From: Planctomycetota bacterium
GTDB taxonomy: Bacteria; Planctomycetota; SZUA-567; H5-PLA8
Length of the DNA stretch: 64,000 bases
Direction: 5' to 3'
Assembly: GCA_038227875.1 (NCBI GenBank)
Contig: JBBRPR010000001.1
Span: forward strand, 96,001-160,000
A program made the translations under genes and the position numbers. This document shows positions 1-8,604 of this stretch, piece by piece. Below the pieces are notes generated by a model. It did not search any database. It was not told the DNA's origin and saw nothing but the letters and a program-made list of their open reading frames with translations. The number at the start of each line of letters is the position of its first letter. Position 1 is the first letter of the stretch.

Positions 1-2
1 TG

Positions 3-1268
3 GGCGCTCATGCGGCGACGCAGTTGTTTTTTCCGGAGCTCAACCACCGCGAGCTCGATCAGTTCGGCAGGATCCAAGGACCGCACGACGGAATTCAGCA
101 CGATCTCGGGCACGGCACGCTGGAGCGTGAACCCGGCGAGACGACGTGGCCGGACCTGACCTGCTCGTTTGTGTTGCAGGCGGCGCGCCACGCGTGGACG
201 ACGCACGATCGCGAATTCGAAGCCGCGGCATGGCCGCGCGTGAAGAAGGCGATTCTCCGCCACGGCATCTGGGCCGACGAAGGCGGCGGCGTCGCGCAGG
301 TCGGCGGCGGACTAGGGACCAGCTACGACGGCTACCATTACTTCGGCACGACGCCGTACATGGCGACGCTGTGGATGGCTGCGCTACGCGTCGCTCGCAA
401 GTGGGCGTTGCGGCGCGGTGAAGATGAACTGCTGCCGAAATTCGATGCGTGGCTGAAAGCGGCGGAGAAGCGGCTCGAGGCGGATCTGTGGAATGGACGG
501 TTCTACGCGGCGTACGGCAGCGCTGCCGGTCCGAAAAATCCCAACTGCCACGCGGGGATGCTCGCCGGTCAGTATTTTTCGCGGCTGCTGTGCGGCGAGG
601 ATACTCTTCCGGAAGCGCGCCTGACGTCGTGCGCCGACGCGTTGCTGGCGCTGAATTTTCATGCGACGTTTGCGGTGCCGCCGGATGAGGTCTCCGCAGA
701 CCTGGCGCACATCTCCGACTTTTCCTGGCTGCCGTATGTGGAAGCCTTCGGCCTGACTGCGCTGGCGTTGAGTAACGGCGCCGCGGTGTTGCCGCTGTGG
801 GAAAAAATGATGCGCAGCGTCGAACGCGACGGCGCGAGCGTCGCCGACACGCGACTGATGTATCGTCCGCTCAGCGGCGCACCGGCCTGGGGTGCGTACT
901 ACATGACCGCGCCGGCGAGCTGGCTGGTGTACGATGCGCTGCTCGATTTTAATTTCATGCCGGAAGATGAAGTGCTGCGGCTGGCGCCGACAATAAAAGG
1001 GACGTTCGCGGTGGTTCATCCGTTGTTCTGGGGTGTGGGCTCAAGCGACGGAGCGACGACGGCACTGGCCGTGGAGCGGGTCTTTACGCGGAGCTCCATA
1101 AAGATACGTTTTATAGAATTGCCTCGATATATTAGGGAAATCAGTGTATGTGGCAGCGTTATTCGGCCCACATTAATAAGGGGCGCGTACGCGCAGTTCG
1201 GGATAGCGCCGCTCGAAGTGCAATCAGGACTTAAGTTAACATGGTGCGCGACGGAGCCGTGGAAATAA
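3..1268 (+). CDS. GH116-like (non-lysosomal glucosylceramidase/beta-glucosidase) catalytic domain, 5'-truncated by the window edge
   Basis: Frame is open from base 3 (GAHAATQLFFPEL). Motifs HDLG, WPDLTCSFVLQ, TSYDGY, LWMAAL, LWNGRFY and LAGQYF resemble the GH116 (alpha/alpha)6 domain. Confidence 0.75.
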   Translation, partial: GAHAATQLFFPELNHRELDQFGRIQGPHDGIQHDLGHGTLEREPGETTWPDLTCSFVLQAARHAWTTHDREFEAAAWPRVKKAILRHGIWADEGGGVAQVGGGLGTSYDGYHYFGTTPYMATLWMAALRVARKWALRRGEDELLPKFDAWLKAAEKRLEADLWNGRFYAAYGSAAGPKNPNCHAGMLAGQYFSRLLCGEDTLPEARLTSCADALLALNFHATFAVPPDEVSADLAHISDFSWLPYVEAFGLTALALSNGAAVLPLWEKMMRSVERDGASVADTRLMYRPLSGAPAWGAYYMTAPASWLVYDALLDFNFMPEDEVLRLAPTIKGTFAVVHPLFWGVGSSDGATTALAVERVFTRSSIKIRFIELPRYIREISVCGSVIRPTLIRGAYAQFGIAPLEVQSGLKLTWCATEPWK

Positions 1269-1503
1269 AGTCAATATTGCGCACAAGTTAGTCAATATGG
1301 TTATATAAAAACAAAAAAAGCTAGATTTTATAGTACCAATTATCGCCGAGGCCCTGTATCATCCTAAGTGGATAAATGTACTTTGTAGCCCAATGAGAAA
1401 TCCTTTGCCGACGCCGCGAAACGCCTTTACAGCCAGTCGTTTCACGGACTCTTTGGCGAACAGAATTCTTCGGGGGCTACAGGTCAAACAGGACTCTGCA
1501 ATC

Positions 1504-2550
1504 ATGGCCACACTCACCGATCGTGTCAAGAATCACGTCTTGGAAGCCATCAGCCAAGGCAAGTTCGATATTGGCGAAGTACTTCCCGCGACCGAAGAGA
1601 TCGCTGAAAAAGTGAAGTGCAGCACCGGCACCGTGCGCAAGGCGCTGACGGATCTGGCCAACGAAGGCGTGCTCAAACGCATCCAACGCCGCGGCACGGT
1701 TGTCGCGCGCAAACCGAGCACCGGGCATGTCTGCCTGATTCTGCCACCGGAGCCGCACACGAACTTGCTGCTCCATCATGTCGTCCACAGCGCGCTGGTG
1801 AACGCCGGATACGAAGTCGACACGGTGCCCACGACGATGGGACTGGAAACCGTGCAGACGCAGTGCACGCAGCTGCTCTCTTCCGGCGATGCGCCGGATT
1901 GCCTCGTGGTCCTGGAGCCCAGCAACAAGGCGCTTTATCCGCTGATCGAAGATCTGGCCAAGCGCGCCAAGCGTCGCGTGATCTTCCAGTTTGAAAATCA
2001 AAAGACGCTGCAGGACATGCAGCTGCTGACGCCCGATCATCAGAAGGCCGCACGCGAAGTGGTGCAGCATCTGTTGTCGCTTGGCCACCGCAAGATCGCC
2101 ATCATCGCGGGCGGCTCGCCGGGAGAATCGACGTGGTCGGCGGATTCCGCCGCGCACTGCCGCGACCTGCTGGAAGTCTCCGGTGCGATCTATGTGCCGC
2201 AATATCTGTTTACCGACAAGCATCCGAAGCTGATCGAACGCTTCCTGAAGGAAGGCGTGACCGCGTACTGGGCGATCACCGATCACGAAGCGACGCAGGT
2301 GGTGAATCTGTGCTACCAGGCCGGCTTGAAGATTCCTCAGGACATCTCGATCGTGGGCCGACACGACACGCCGTGGGCACTGGACTGCCATCCGCCGCTG
2401 ACGACCGTGTCGCTTAACCCCGAAGGCATCGCAGTCGCGGTGGTGGAAGCGTTGAACGCGCAGCGCAAGGATCCGTCCGCGATCAACAAGGTGATCAAGG
2501 TTCAGCCCCGGCTGGTGGTGCGGGAATCGACGGGGCCGGTGAAGGCGTAG
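1504..2550 (+). CDS. GntR-type HTH fused to LacI/periplasmic-binding-like sensor domain (AraR-like regulator)
   Basis: N-terminal LPATEEIAEKVKCSTGTVRKALTDLANEGVLKRIQRRGT; C-terminal IPQDISIVG, PPLTTV and LVVRESTG. ATG 1504 preferred over 1393. Confidence 0.9.
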   Translation: MATLTDRVKNHVLEAISQGKFDIGEVLPATEEIAEKVKCSTGTVRKALTDLANEGVLKRIQRRGTVVARKPSTGHVCLILPPEPHTNLLLHHVVHSALVNAGYEVDTVPTTMGLETVQTQCTQLLSSGDAPDCLVVLEPSNKALYPLIEDLAKRAKRRVIFQFENQKTLQDMQLLTPDHQKAAREVVQHLLSLGHRKIAIIAGGSPGESTWSADSAAHCRDLLEVSGAIYVPQYLFTDKHPKLIERFLKEGVTAYWAITDHEATQVVNLCYQAGLKIPQDISIVGRHDTPWALDCHPPLTTVSLNPEGIAVAVVEALNAQRKDPSAINKVIKVQPRLVVRESTGPVKA

Positions 2551-2577
2551 CACGCGCGCGAGGACTGAGGACTGAGC

Positions 2578-2611
2578 AAAAAATCCCCCGCGGAATGCGG
2601 GGGATTTTTTT
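2578..2611. terminator. Bidirectional intrinsic terminator
   Basis: AAAAAATCCCCCGC-GGAAT-GCGGGGGATTTTTTT between convergent genes. Confidence 0.9.
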
Positions 2612-2619
2612 CGAAATCG

Positions 2620-4002
2620 TCAGACGGCCAGCTCCCATGCGTCGAACGATTGGACGGTGGCTACGCCGCTGGTTGCGAAGCTGGTGACGCCCACGCTGCT
2701 GGCTTGCGGATAAATACGATTGGTGATCGCGACGCGGCCGTCCTGGGCGAATACTTCGACGGACGATCGGTCGAGCACGATCTGGATGCGCAGCGTCTCG
2801 GCGCCGTCCAAGGAGACCTTCGCGCCGTAGATGCCGCCGTCGCCGGCGCCGGATTGGCTGCGGTCGACCAGCAGCTTGCCTTCGGCACGGGAGTAATAGA
2901 CCTTCGTCGCTTCGCGGCCGTCGGCCGAACAGCGGACGTGGAATCCGAACTCGGCGGCGCTGGTGCGCTTCAGGTCGAACGTCGCGGCGATTTCCAGGCA
3001 GTCGCCGGAGACGTGCTGAATTTCAGCAGCAGGAAGTTTCAGGGCTTCGAAGTGCCAGTGCTTGCGTCGCAGCGTTTGCAATTCGGGTACCGGTTGCATG
3101 GCGACGGCGCCATCTTTCAAGATGGAGACGACGCGCGGGATCGTCATCGCGCCGCACCAACCCTTGGCCTTGGTCGGCCACTTCTGCGAAGCCCAGTTGT
3201 CCATCCATGCGATGAGAATGCGGCGGCCGTGGTGATCGAGGAACGTCTGCGGCGCGTAGAAATCGAAACCGGTGTCGCAATCCTGGACGCTCTGGCGGGA
3301 AAATTTTCCCACGGCGTAGTCCATCGTGCCGGTCAGGAAGAGCGAGCGCGGTCGGTCGAGGCCCATTGGCGAAATCACCAGCACGTACTGATCGTTGAGC
3401 GGAAAGAGGTCGGGGCATTCCCACATCTTGCCGAGCGTTCCGTCGCTCTCCGCTACGACGCTTTTGAACGACCACGTGCGCAGGTCCGGCGACTGGTAGA
3501 GGAGGATCTGGCCATTGGTCTCTTTTTTTGTGCCGGCGACCAGCCACCAGGAATCGCCGTGCTTCCAGACTTTCGGATCGCGGAAGTCGGGCGTGCGCGA
3601 GCCGTCCGGCAACGTGGCGATCACCGGGTTGGCGGCGAGTTTCTCGAAGTTCAATCCGTCTTTGCTGACGGCGACGCATTGCGTTTCGGCTTCCTTGGTG
3701 TGGCCTGTGTAGATCAATGTGAGGACGCCGTGATCGTCCACGGCGCTTCCAGAGAAGCAGCCGCCAGCATCTTCCGGCCGCGATGGCGTGAGCGCCATGG
3801 GTGCGTGCGACCAGCGGACGAGATCCGTGCTGACGGTGTGCCCCCAATGCATCGGGCCCCAGTCGACACCAAACGGATGGTGTTGATAGAAGAGGTGGTA
3901 CTTTCCGCCGAAGTCAATCAAGCCGTTGGGGTCGTTGAGCCAGTTGATCGGTGAACTGAAATGAAACGCCGGACGCCACGGATCGCTCGCAACTTCAGCC
4001 AT
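2620..4002 (-). CDS. GH32 beta-fructofuranosidase/sucrose-6-phosphate hydrolase
   Basis: WLNDPNG, WGPMHWGH, FSGSA, FRDPKV and MWECPD motifs. ATG 4002 follows GAGAGG; no signal peptide. Confidence 0.93.
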   Translation of the reverse strand: MAEVASDPWRPAFHFSSPINWLNDPNGLIDFGGKYHLFYQHHPFGVDWGPMHWGHTVSTDLVRWSHAPMALTPSRPEDAGGCFSGSAVDDHGVLTLIYTGHTKEAETQCVAVSKDGLNFEKLAANPVIATLPDGSRTPDFRDPKVWKHGDSWWLVAGTKKETNGQILLYQSPDLRTWSFKSVVAESDGTLGKMWECPDLFPLNDQYVLVISPMGLDRPRSLFLTGTMDYAVGKFSRQSVQDCDTGFDFYAPQTFLDHHGRRILIAWMDNWASQKWPTKAKGWCGAMTIPRVVSILKDGAVAMQPVPELQTLRRKHWHFEALKLPAAEIQHVSGDCLEIAATFDLKRTSAAEFGFHVRCSADGREATKVYYSRAEGKLLVDRSQSGAGDGGIYGAKVSLDGAETLRIQIVLDRSSVEVFAQDGRVAITNRIYPQASSVGVTSFATSGVATVQSFDAWELAV

Positions 4003-4198
4003 CGGACACCTCTCTGAAAGGGGGATCGCGAAGGGAATCATCTTCTGCCCGGAGGCGATACAAGCAATGCCGAAAATGAGTCAAGGTGATTGAATTTGAG
4101 AGGGGCCGCGGAAAGCTTACGTGGGGTCATCGAATTTTTATACTCGGCGCATAATATGCTCAACACGCCTGCACTTGATCTCAATTAAGGAGCGAATC

Positions 4199-5124
4199 AT
4201 GTCCGATCCTGAACTCGTCAAAGCTGCCGCGGCGCTTTTTGTGAAGGCGTTTGGCTTGCATCCCGGCTCACGTCTGGCGCATGCCAAGGGCATCGTCTGC
4301 GAAGGCACTTTTAAAGCGACGCCGGCGGCGGCGCAATTCTGCCGCGCGGTTCATTTTAAAGGCGTAGAGATTCCGGTCGTGGTGCGGTTCTCCGACGGGA
4401 CGGGTCTGCCGCAGATTCCAGATGGCGCGGCGGACAGCAACCCAAGGGCATCGCCATCCGTTTCAAACTTCCCGACGGCTCGTTTACGGACATTCTGGGC
4501 AACGGGCTCAACGGTTTCCCGGCCGGGACGCCCGAAGATTTCGTCGCGTTCCTCGGCAGCGCGATCGATTCGCCGAAGGGCACGCCCAGCCCGACGCCGC
4601 TGGAAAAATTCCTGAGCACCCATCCGCGCAGCGTCGCGATAGTCTCGCAACCCAACCTGACGCCGGCGAGTTTCGTGACGCAGGCGTACTTCGCCAACAA
4701 TTCGTTTCTCTTCGTCAACGATCAGGGCAAGAAGCAGGCGATCCGCTACCAGTTTATTCCGCTCGCTGGCGAGAAGCACCTCGACGCCGCCGCCTCTGCG
4801 GCGCAGCCTCCGAACTTTCTGATGGACGATCTACGAGCGCGGCTGGCGATGGGGCCGGCGGAATTCCGCCTTGTCGTCCAGCTCGCCGGAACCAACGATC
4901 CGACCAACGACGCGACTATTGTCTGGCCCGACGACCGGCAGAAGGTGGACCTGGGCTTGATCAAGCTGACGAAGATCGATCCGAACGGCGCCGAGACGGA
5001 AAAGCTGCTGTTCATGGACCCGGTGCATCTGACGGATGGGATTGAGCTCTCGGACGACCCGCTGCCGGAGTTCCGATCAAAGGTGTATTCGATCTCGATC
5101 GAACACCGCACGAAGAAAGCCTGA
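4199..5124 (+). pseudogene. Catalase-related peroxidase (SrpA-like) split by a 1-nt frameshift near 4441-4448
   Basis: AAGGAG RBS precedes ATG 4199. First frame gives HPGSRLAHAKG and VVVRFS; second frame gives GIAIRFKLPDG, QAYFANNSF, DATIVWP and SDDPLPEFRSKVYSIS. Could be a sequencing error. Confidence 0.75.
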
Positions 5125-5128
5125 ATGG

Positions 5129-5261
5129 CATTTTCTAATTTCCATTTTCTGATTTTCCATTTTCCATCGGAAACGGGATTGTGAGTTCGACGCGTGTCCG
5201 TCGCGAATGCGCGAGGTCGTTCAATGGAAAATGAAAAATCACAATTGGAAAATGGAAAATG
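5129..5261. repeat. Heptamer (CATTTTC-like) tandem array with inverted partner arm
   Basis: Left arm CATTTTC TAATTTC CATTTTC TGATTTT CCATTTT CCAT (5129-5167); right arm ATGGAAA ATGAAAA ATCACAA TTGGAAA ATGGAAA ATG (5224-5261). Confidence 0.8.
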
Positions 5262-5327
5262 ATATTGATCCGTCCCGCGCCAGGTGTCGGTTCCCGGCGC
5301 GGAGCGGCGTTGGTTTCTGGCTGACGA

Positions 5328-6071
5328 TTACGCGTTCATGCCGCCGTCGACGTTGAGTGACGCGCCGGTGATGTACGACGCTTCGGGACTGGCCAGGAAG
5401 GCGATGGCGGCGGCGACTTCCTCCGCCTTGCCGTAGCGGCCGAGGGCGATCTGCGTTTTCAGCGAGGCGGCGAAATCGCCTTCGTCGGGATTCATGTCGG
5501 TCGCGATCGGGCCGGGTTGGACGGTGTTGACGGTGATCTTCCGTGCGCCGAGTTCGCGCGACCAGCCGCGCGTGTAACCGGCGACGGTGAACTTGGTCGC
5601 GCTGTAGTCGGTGACGCCGGCCATCGGGATGCGTTCGCCGAGCACCGAGCCGAGGTTGATGATGCGGCCGCCGTCGGGCATCACTTTCGCCGCCGCCTTC
5701 ACGGCCGCGATCACGCCGCCGACGTTGATGGCGTACTGCCGTTCCAATTGCTTCGGGTCGGACTCCGCCAGCGAGCCGGTCACGAACACGCCGGCGTTGT
5801 TGACGAGGATGTCGAGCTTGCCGAACTTCCCGACAACGGATTTGATCAAGCCTTCCACCTGCGCCGGATCGGCCTGATCGGCTTTGAACGCCACGGCGCG
5901 CACGCCCTTGGCTTCCAATTGTTTTACGACCGCTTGAGCTTTCTCCGCCGACGCCGAGTAACTGATCGCGACGTCCGCTCCGTCGGAGGCCAGCGCCAGC
6001 GCCGTGGCTGCTCCAATGCCGCGTGAACCTCCGGTAACCAACGCTACTTTGCCTTTGAGTTTGGTAGACAT
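5328..6071 (-). CDS. Short-chain dehydrogenase/reductase (FabG-like)
   Basis: MSTKLKGKVALVTGGSRGIG, NNAG, YSATK, PGPIATDMN and VDGG motifs. Confidence 0.93.
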   Translation of the reverse strand: MSTKLKGKVALVTGGSRGIGAATALALASDGADVAISYSASAEKAQAVVKQLEAKGVRAVAFKADQADPAQVEGLIKSVVGKFGKLDILVNNAGVFVTGSLAESDPKQLERQYAINVGGVIAAVKAAAKVMPDGGRIINLGSVLGERIPMAGVTDYSATKFTVAGYTRGWSRELGARKITVNTVQPGPIATDMNPDEGDFAASLKTQIALGRYGKAEEVAAAIAFLASPEASYITGASLNVDGGMNA

Positions 6072-6123
6072 GATTTGAACCCTCGCTTTCATTCCGATGT
6101 TTAACTTTTCAAAACTCACTTTG

Positions 6124-6195
6124 TTCTGTACTGACGGGTACACTATAGCCCGCCAAACGAAGTCCGTCAAATAGAATTCTGTATTGATTGGTAAA
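6124..6195 (-). promoter_or_regulatory. Sigma70-type promoter of the SDR gene flanked by two operator-like boxes
   Basis: Minus strand TTGACG-17nt-TATAGT (6170-6142). Palindrome TGTAC-N6-GTACA at 6127-6142 and a similar box TTCTGTATTGATTGGTAAA at 6177-6195. Confidence 0.65.
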
Positions 6196-6425
6196 AAAGT
6201 CGCATTTTCGTGCTGCCAGAACCGCGACGCTCCAGTTGCCACAGCAAGACGGAGTGAGCACGTGAACCTTCCCGCAAACACGTGTGAAGATTGTTTTGTT
6301 CGTCGAATAATTTTAAATACGGATTCGCCATGAATGATCTCGAAATTACTGAGGGCATGCACCTTGAGGCATTGAAATGCGGTTATGCACTTATAAAGTT
6401 TGCTACTCGCGAAGCAGGCGGTATA

Positions 6426-6538
6426 GTGTCGGTTACCCACATCCCCGACTCGCACGTCTCCTGATAACTTCGGCTGGCGAAAGAGCCCGTGGAGAACTGG
6501 GCGCAGTAACACGTCGCGTGTGCACGTGGAACCGACAC
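6426..6538. ncRNA. Candidate multi-stem structured RNA or leader, family not recognised
   Basis: Nested complementary segments: GTGTCGGTT/AACCGACAC, CCAC/GTGG, CGCACG/CGTGTG, TCTCC/GGAGA, GGCT/AGCC and ACTG-GGCG-CAGT. Confidence 0.3.
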
Positions 6539-6579
6539 CTTCGTGTAGTTTCGAGGCTGTCCCTTGAAGGAGTTGACGT

Positions 6580-7020
6580 ATGGCAAGGAAAGCCGAGCCG
6601 CTCTCAAGCTTGTTCAATGCCGCTGAGAACGGACAACGTGACATGGTGGAGTCGATGCTCTCCAAAAAGGGTGCCAAGGTCGACGCGAAAGAACCGACGT
6701 TCGGCATGACGGCGCTCCACATTGCCTCCGCCCGGGGACATAAGGAAGTTGTGGAACTATTGATTTCGATGGGATCGAATCTGGAAGCGCGCGAAGAAAC
6801 CGGACGAACTCCGATGCACAGCGCGTCGTTTCGTGGCCAGCTGCCTGTCGTTGAAGTACTGCTCGCCAAGGGTGCGCAGGTGAACGCACAAACCAACGAC
6901 GGCAAGACCGCGCTCGATTGGGCGGTGCTGAACCACAAGACGGATGTCGCCGAATTTATCCGCCAGAATGGTGGAAAGTGCGGCAAGGAGATCGCTCCGG
7001 TGGCCGGAGCCAAGGGTTGA
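6580..7020 (+). CDS. Ankyrin repeat protein
   Basis: GMTALHIAS, GRTPMHSAS and GKTALDWAV repeats; AAGGAG RBS. Confidence 0.92.
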   Translation: MARKAEPLSSLFNAAENGQRDMVESMLSKKGAKVDAKEPTFGMTALHIASARGHKEVVELLISMGSNLEAREETGRTPMHSASFRGQLPVVEVLLAKGAQVNAQTNDGKTALDWAVLNHKTDVAEFIRQNGGKCGKEIAPVAGAKG

Positions 7021-7134
7021 GCGCGGAGTTATCGCGTCACTCAGTGTGAAGTGTAGTTGTGTTAAAGGTCCGGAATGCGCATCGATCCATGTGGAACGGT
7101 CTATGACGGGTCTGGTTTGGAAGGGAGACGAGTA

Positions 7135-7341
7135 ATGGCAACTGGCAAAGTGAAGTGGTTCAACGATCAGAAGGGGTTTGGATTCATTACCCCCGATGAA
7201 GGCGGCAAGGATCTGTTCTGCCATCACAGCGAAATTCAGGCGGAAGGGTTCCGCTCGCTTGCTGAAGGCCAGGCCGTCGAATATGAAGCCGTCAACGACA
7301 CCAAGGGACCGAAGGCCACGAAGGTGCGCCCTATCAAGTAA
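7135..7341 (+). CDS. cspA: Cold-shock protein (CspA family)
   Basis: [27 protein letters not shown] and [16 protein letters not shown]. Confidence 0.95.
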   Translation: MATGKVKWFNDQKGFGFITPDEGGKDLFCHHSEIQAEGFRSLAEGQAVEYEAVNDTKGPKATKVRPIK

Positions 7342-7353
7342 GACCTGTTCCAC

Positions 7354-7394
7354 CCAATTAAAAAGGGCGTCGTCACGGCGCCTTTTTTAATTGG
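7354..7394 (+). terminator. Intrinsic terminator after csp
   Basis: CCAATTAAAAAGGGCGTCG-TCA-CGGCGCCTTTTTTAATTGG hairpin with T tract. Confidence 0.85.
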
Positions 7395-7466
7395 ACATCC
7401 TTCGTCGTGTTTGTAGTGTTCGTTGTTCTGGTCCACCGCAGCCCTTTTTAACAGAGAGAGCGTTTC

Positions 7467-8459
7467 GTGAAGATTGACAAGCGCGGTGTAATTGCAGATC
7501 TGGAAAGCTACGTCCTCACCAAGTTGAATCTGCTCGCCCCCGTCGCAACCGCATGGCAGCCCAGTGATTTTGTCCCCGATTTGCGCAGCGAAGAATCGTT
7601 CGCGGAGTTGAAAAACCTCCGCAGCGCCGCCGCCGGCCTTCCCGACGATGTGTTGATCGTCCTCGTCGGCACCATGGTCACCGAGGAAGCGCTGCCCTCG
7701 TACCAGACTTTCCTCAACCGCCTCGACGGCATGCGCGACGAAACCGGTTCCAGCGGCAAGCCCTGGTCGCTCTGGTCGCGCGGCTGGACGGCCGAAGAGA
7801 ACCGCCACGGCGATCTGCTCAACCGCTATCTCTACCTCTCCGGCCGCGTCGACATGCGCGCCGTCGAGACGACTATCCATCATCTGATCCGCAACGGCTT
7901 CGATCCGCTGCCCTGCAACGATCCGTACATGGGGCTTGTCTACACGTCGTTCCAGGAACGGGCCACACGCATCTCGCACACCCGCGTCGGGCAACTGGCG
8001 CGCCGATCGGGTGAGCCGGCGCTGGCGAAGCTCTGCAATGTGATCGCCGGCGACGAAGCACGCCACGAAGAGGCGTACAAATCATTCATGGGCCGCATTT
8101 TTGAAGTCGATCCGGCCGGCGCGGTCCTGGCATTCGGCGAGATGCTCAAGCACCGCATCGTGATGCCCGCCAGCCTGATGTCCGACAACAAGGACGACGA
8201 CCTGTTCGCGAATTTCTCCGCGATCGCGCAGAAGATCGGCGTCTACACGTTCCCCGATTACATCGACATCATGGAGCACCTCATCGCGCTCTGGGACGTC
8301 CCGAACCTGAAGGGGTTGACCGACGCCGCCGCGGCCGCGCAAGACCGCATCTGTCGTCTGCCGGAACTGTACCGCCGCAAAGCGAGCAAGGTTGTCGAGA
8401 CCCAGGCTCCGCCCGCCCGCGTGCAGTTTCCGTGGATTGGGCAGGTGGTGAAGGGCTGA
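7467..8459 (+). CDS. Soluble di-iron acyl-ACP desaturase (plant stearoyl-ACP/DesA type)
   Basis: WQPSDF, TEEALPSY, WTAEENRHGDLL, YTSFQERAT and IAGDEARHE (two ExxH motifs). Confidence 0.93.
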   Translation: MKIDKRGVIADLESYVLTKLNLLAPVATAWQPSDFVPDLRSEESFAELKNLRSAAAGLPDDVLIVLVGTMVTEEALPSYQTFLNRLDGMRDETGSSGKPWSLWSRGWTAEENRHGDLLNRYLYLSGRVDMRAVETTIHHLIRNGFDPLPCNDPYMGLVYTSFQERATRISHTRVGQLARRSGEPALAKLCNVIAGDEARHEEAYKSFMGRIFEVDPAGAVLAFGEMLKHRIVMPASLMSDNKDDDLFANFSAIAQKIGVYTFPDYIDIMEHLIALWDVPNLKGLTDAAAAAQDRICRLPELYRRKASKVVETQAPPARVQFPWIGQVVKG

Positions 8460-8484
8460 ACGGAATAACGAATGACGCATGACG

Positions 8485-8515
8485 AAAAAAAGCGCCGCTC
8501 AAAGCGGCGTTTTTT
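8485..8515 (+). terminator. Intrinsic terminator
   Basis: AAAAAAAGCGCCGCT-CAA-AGCGGCGTTTTTT. Confidence 0.8.
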
Positions 8516-8604
8516 ATTGATGGGCGGCTCGGTCAGGAACGTTTAGCCGGGCGCCGACTGACTCGTCCCTTGATTTCCGCCCCGTAACCTTACACACTTC
8601 CCGT

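Noticed and set aside
4430..4460. Programmed ribosomal frameshift in the catalase-like gene
   Set aside because: No X XXY YYZ slippery site and no precedent known to me; a simple indel is more likely.
6461..6490. CTGATAA...CGAAA resembling a hammerhead ribozyme core
   Set aside because: G8 is missing without a compensating change at position 3, and there is no proper stem II.
6072..7013. 561-aa ORF suggesting a long N-terminal extension on the SDR
   Set aside because: The extension is antisense to the ankyrin gene and crosses the SDR's own promoter; the SDR fold starts at ATG 6071.
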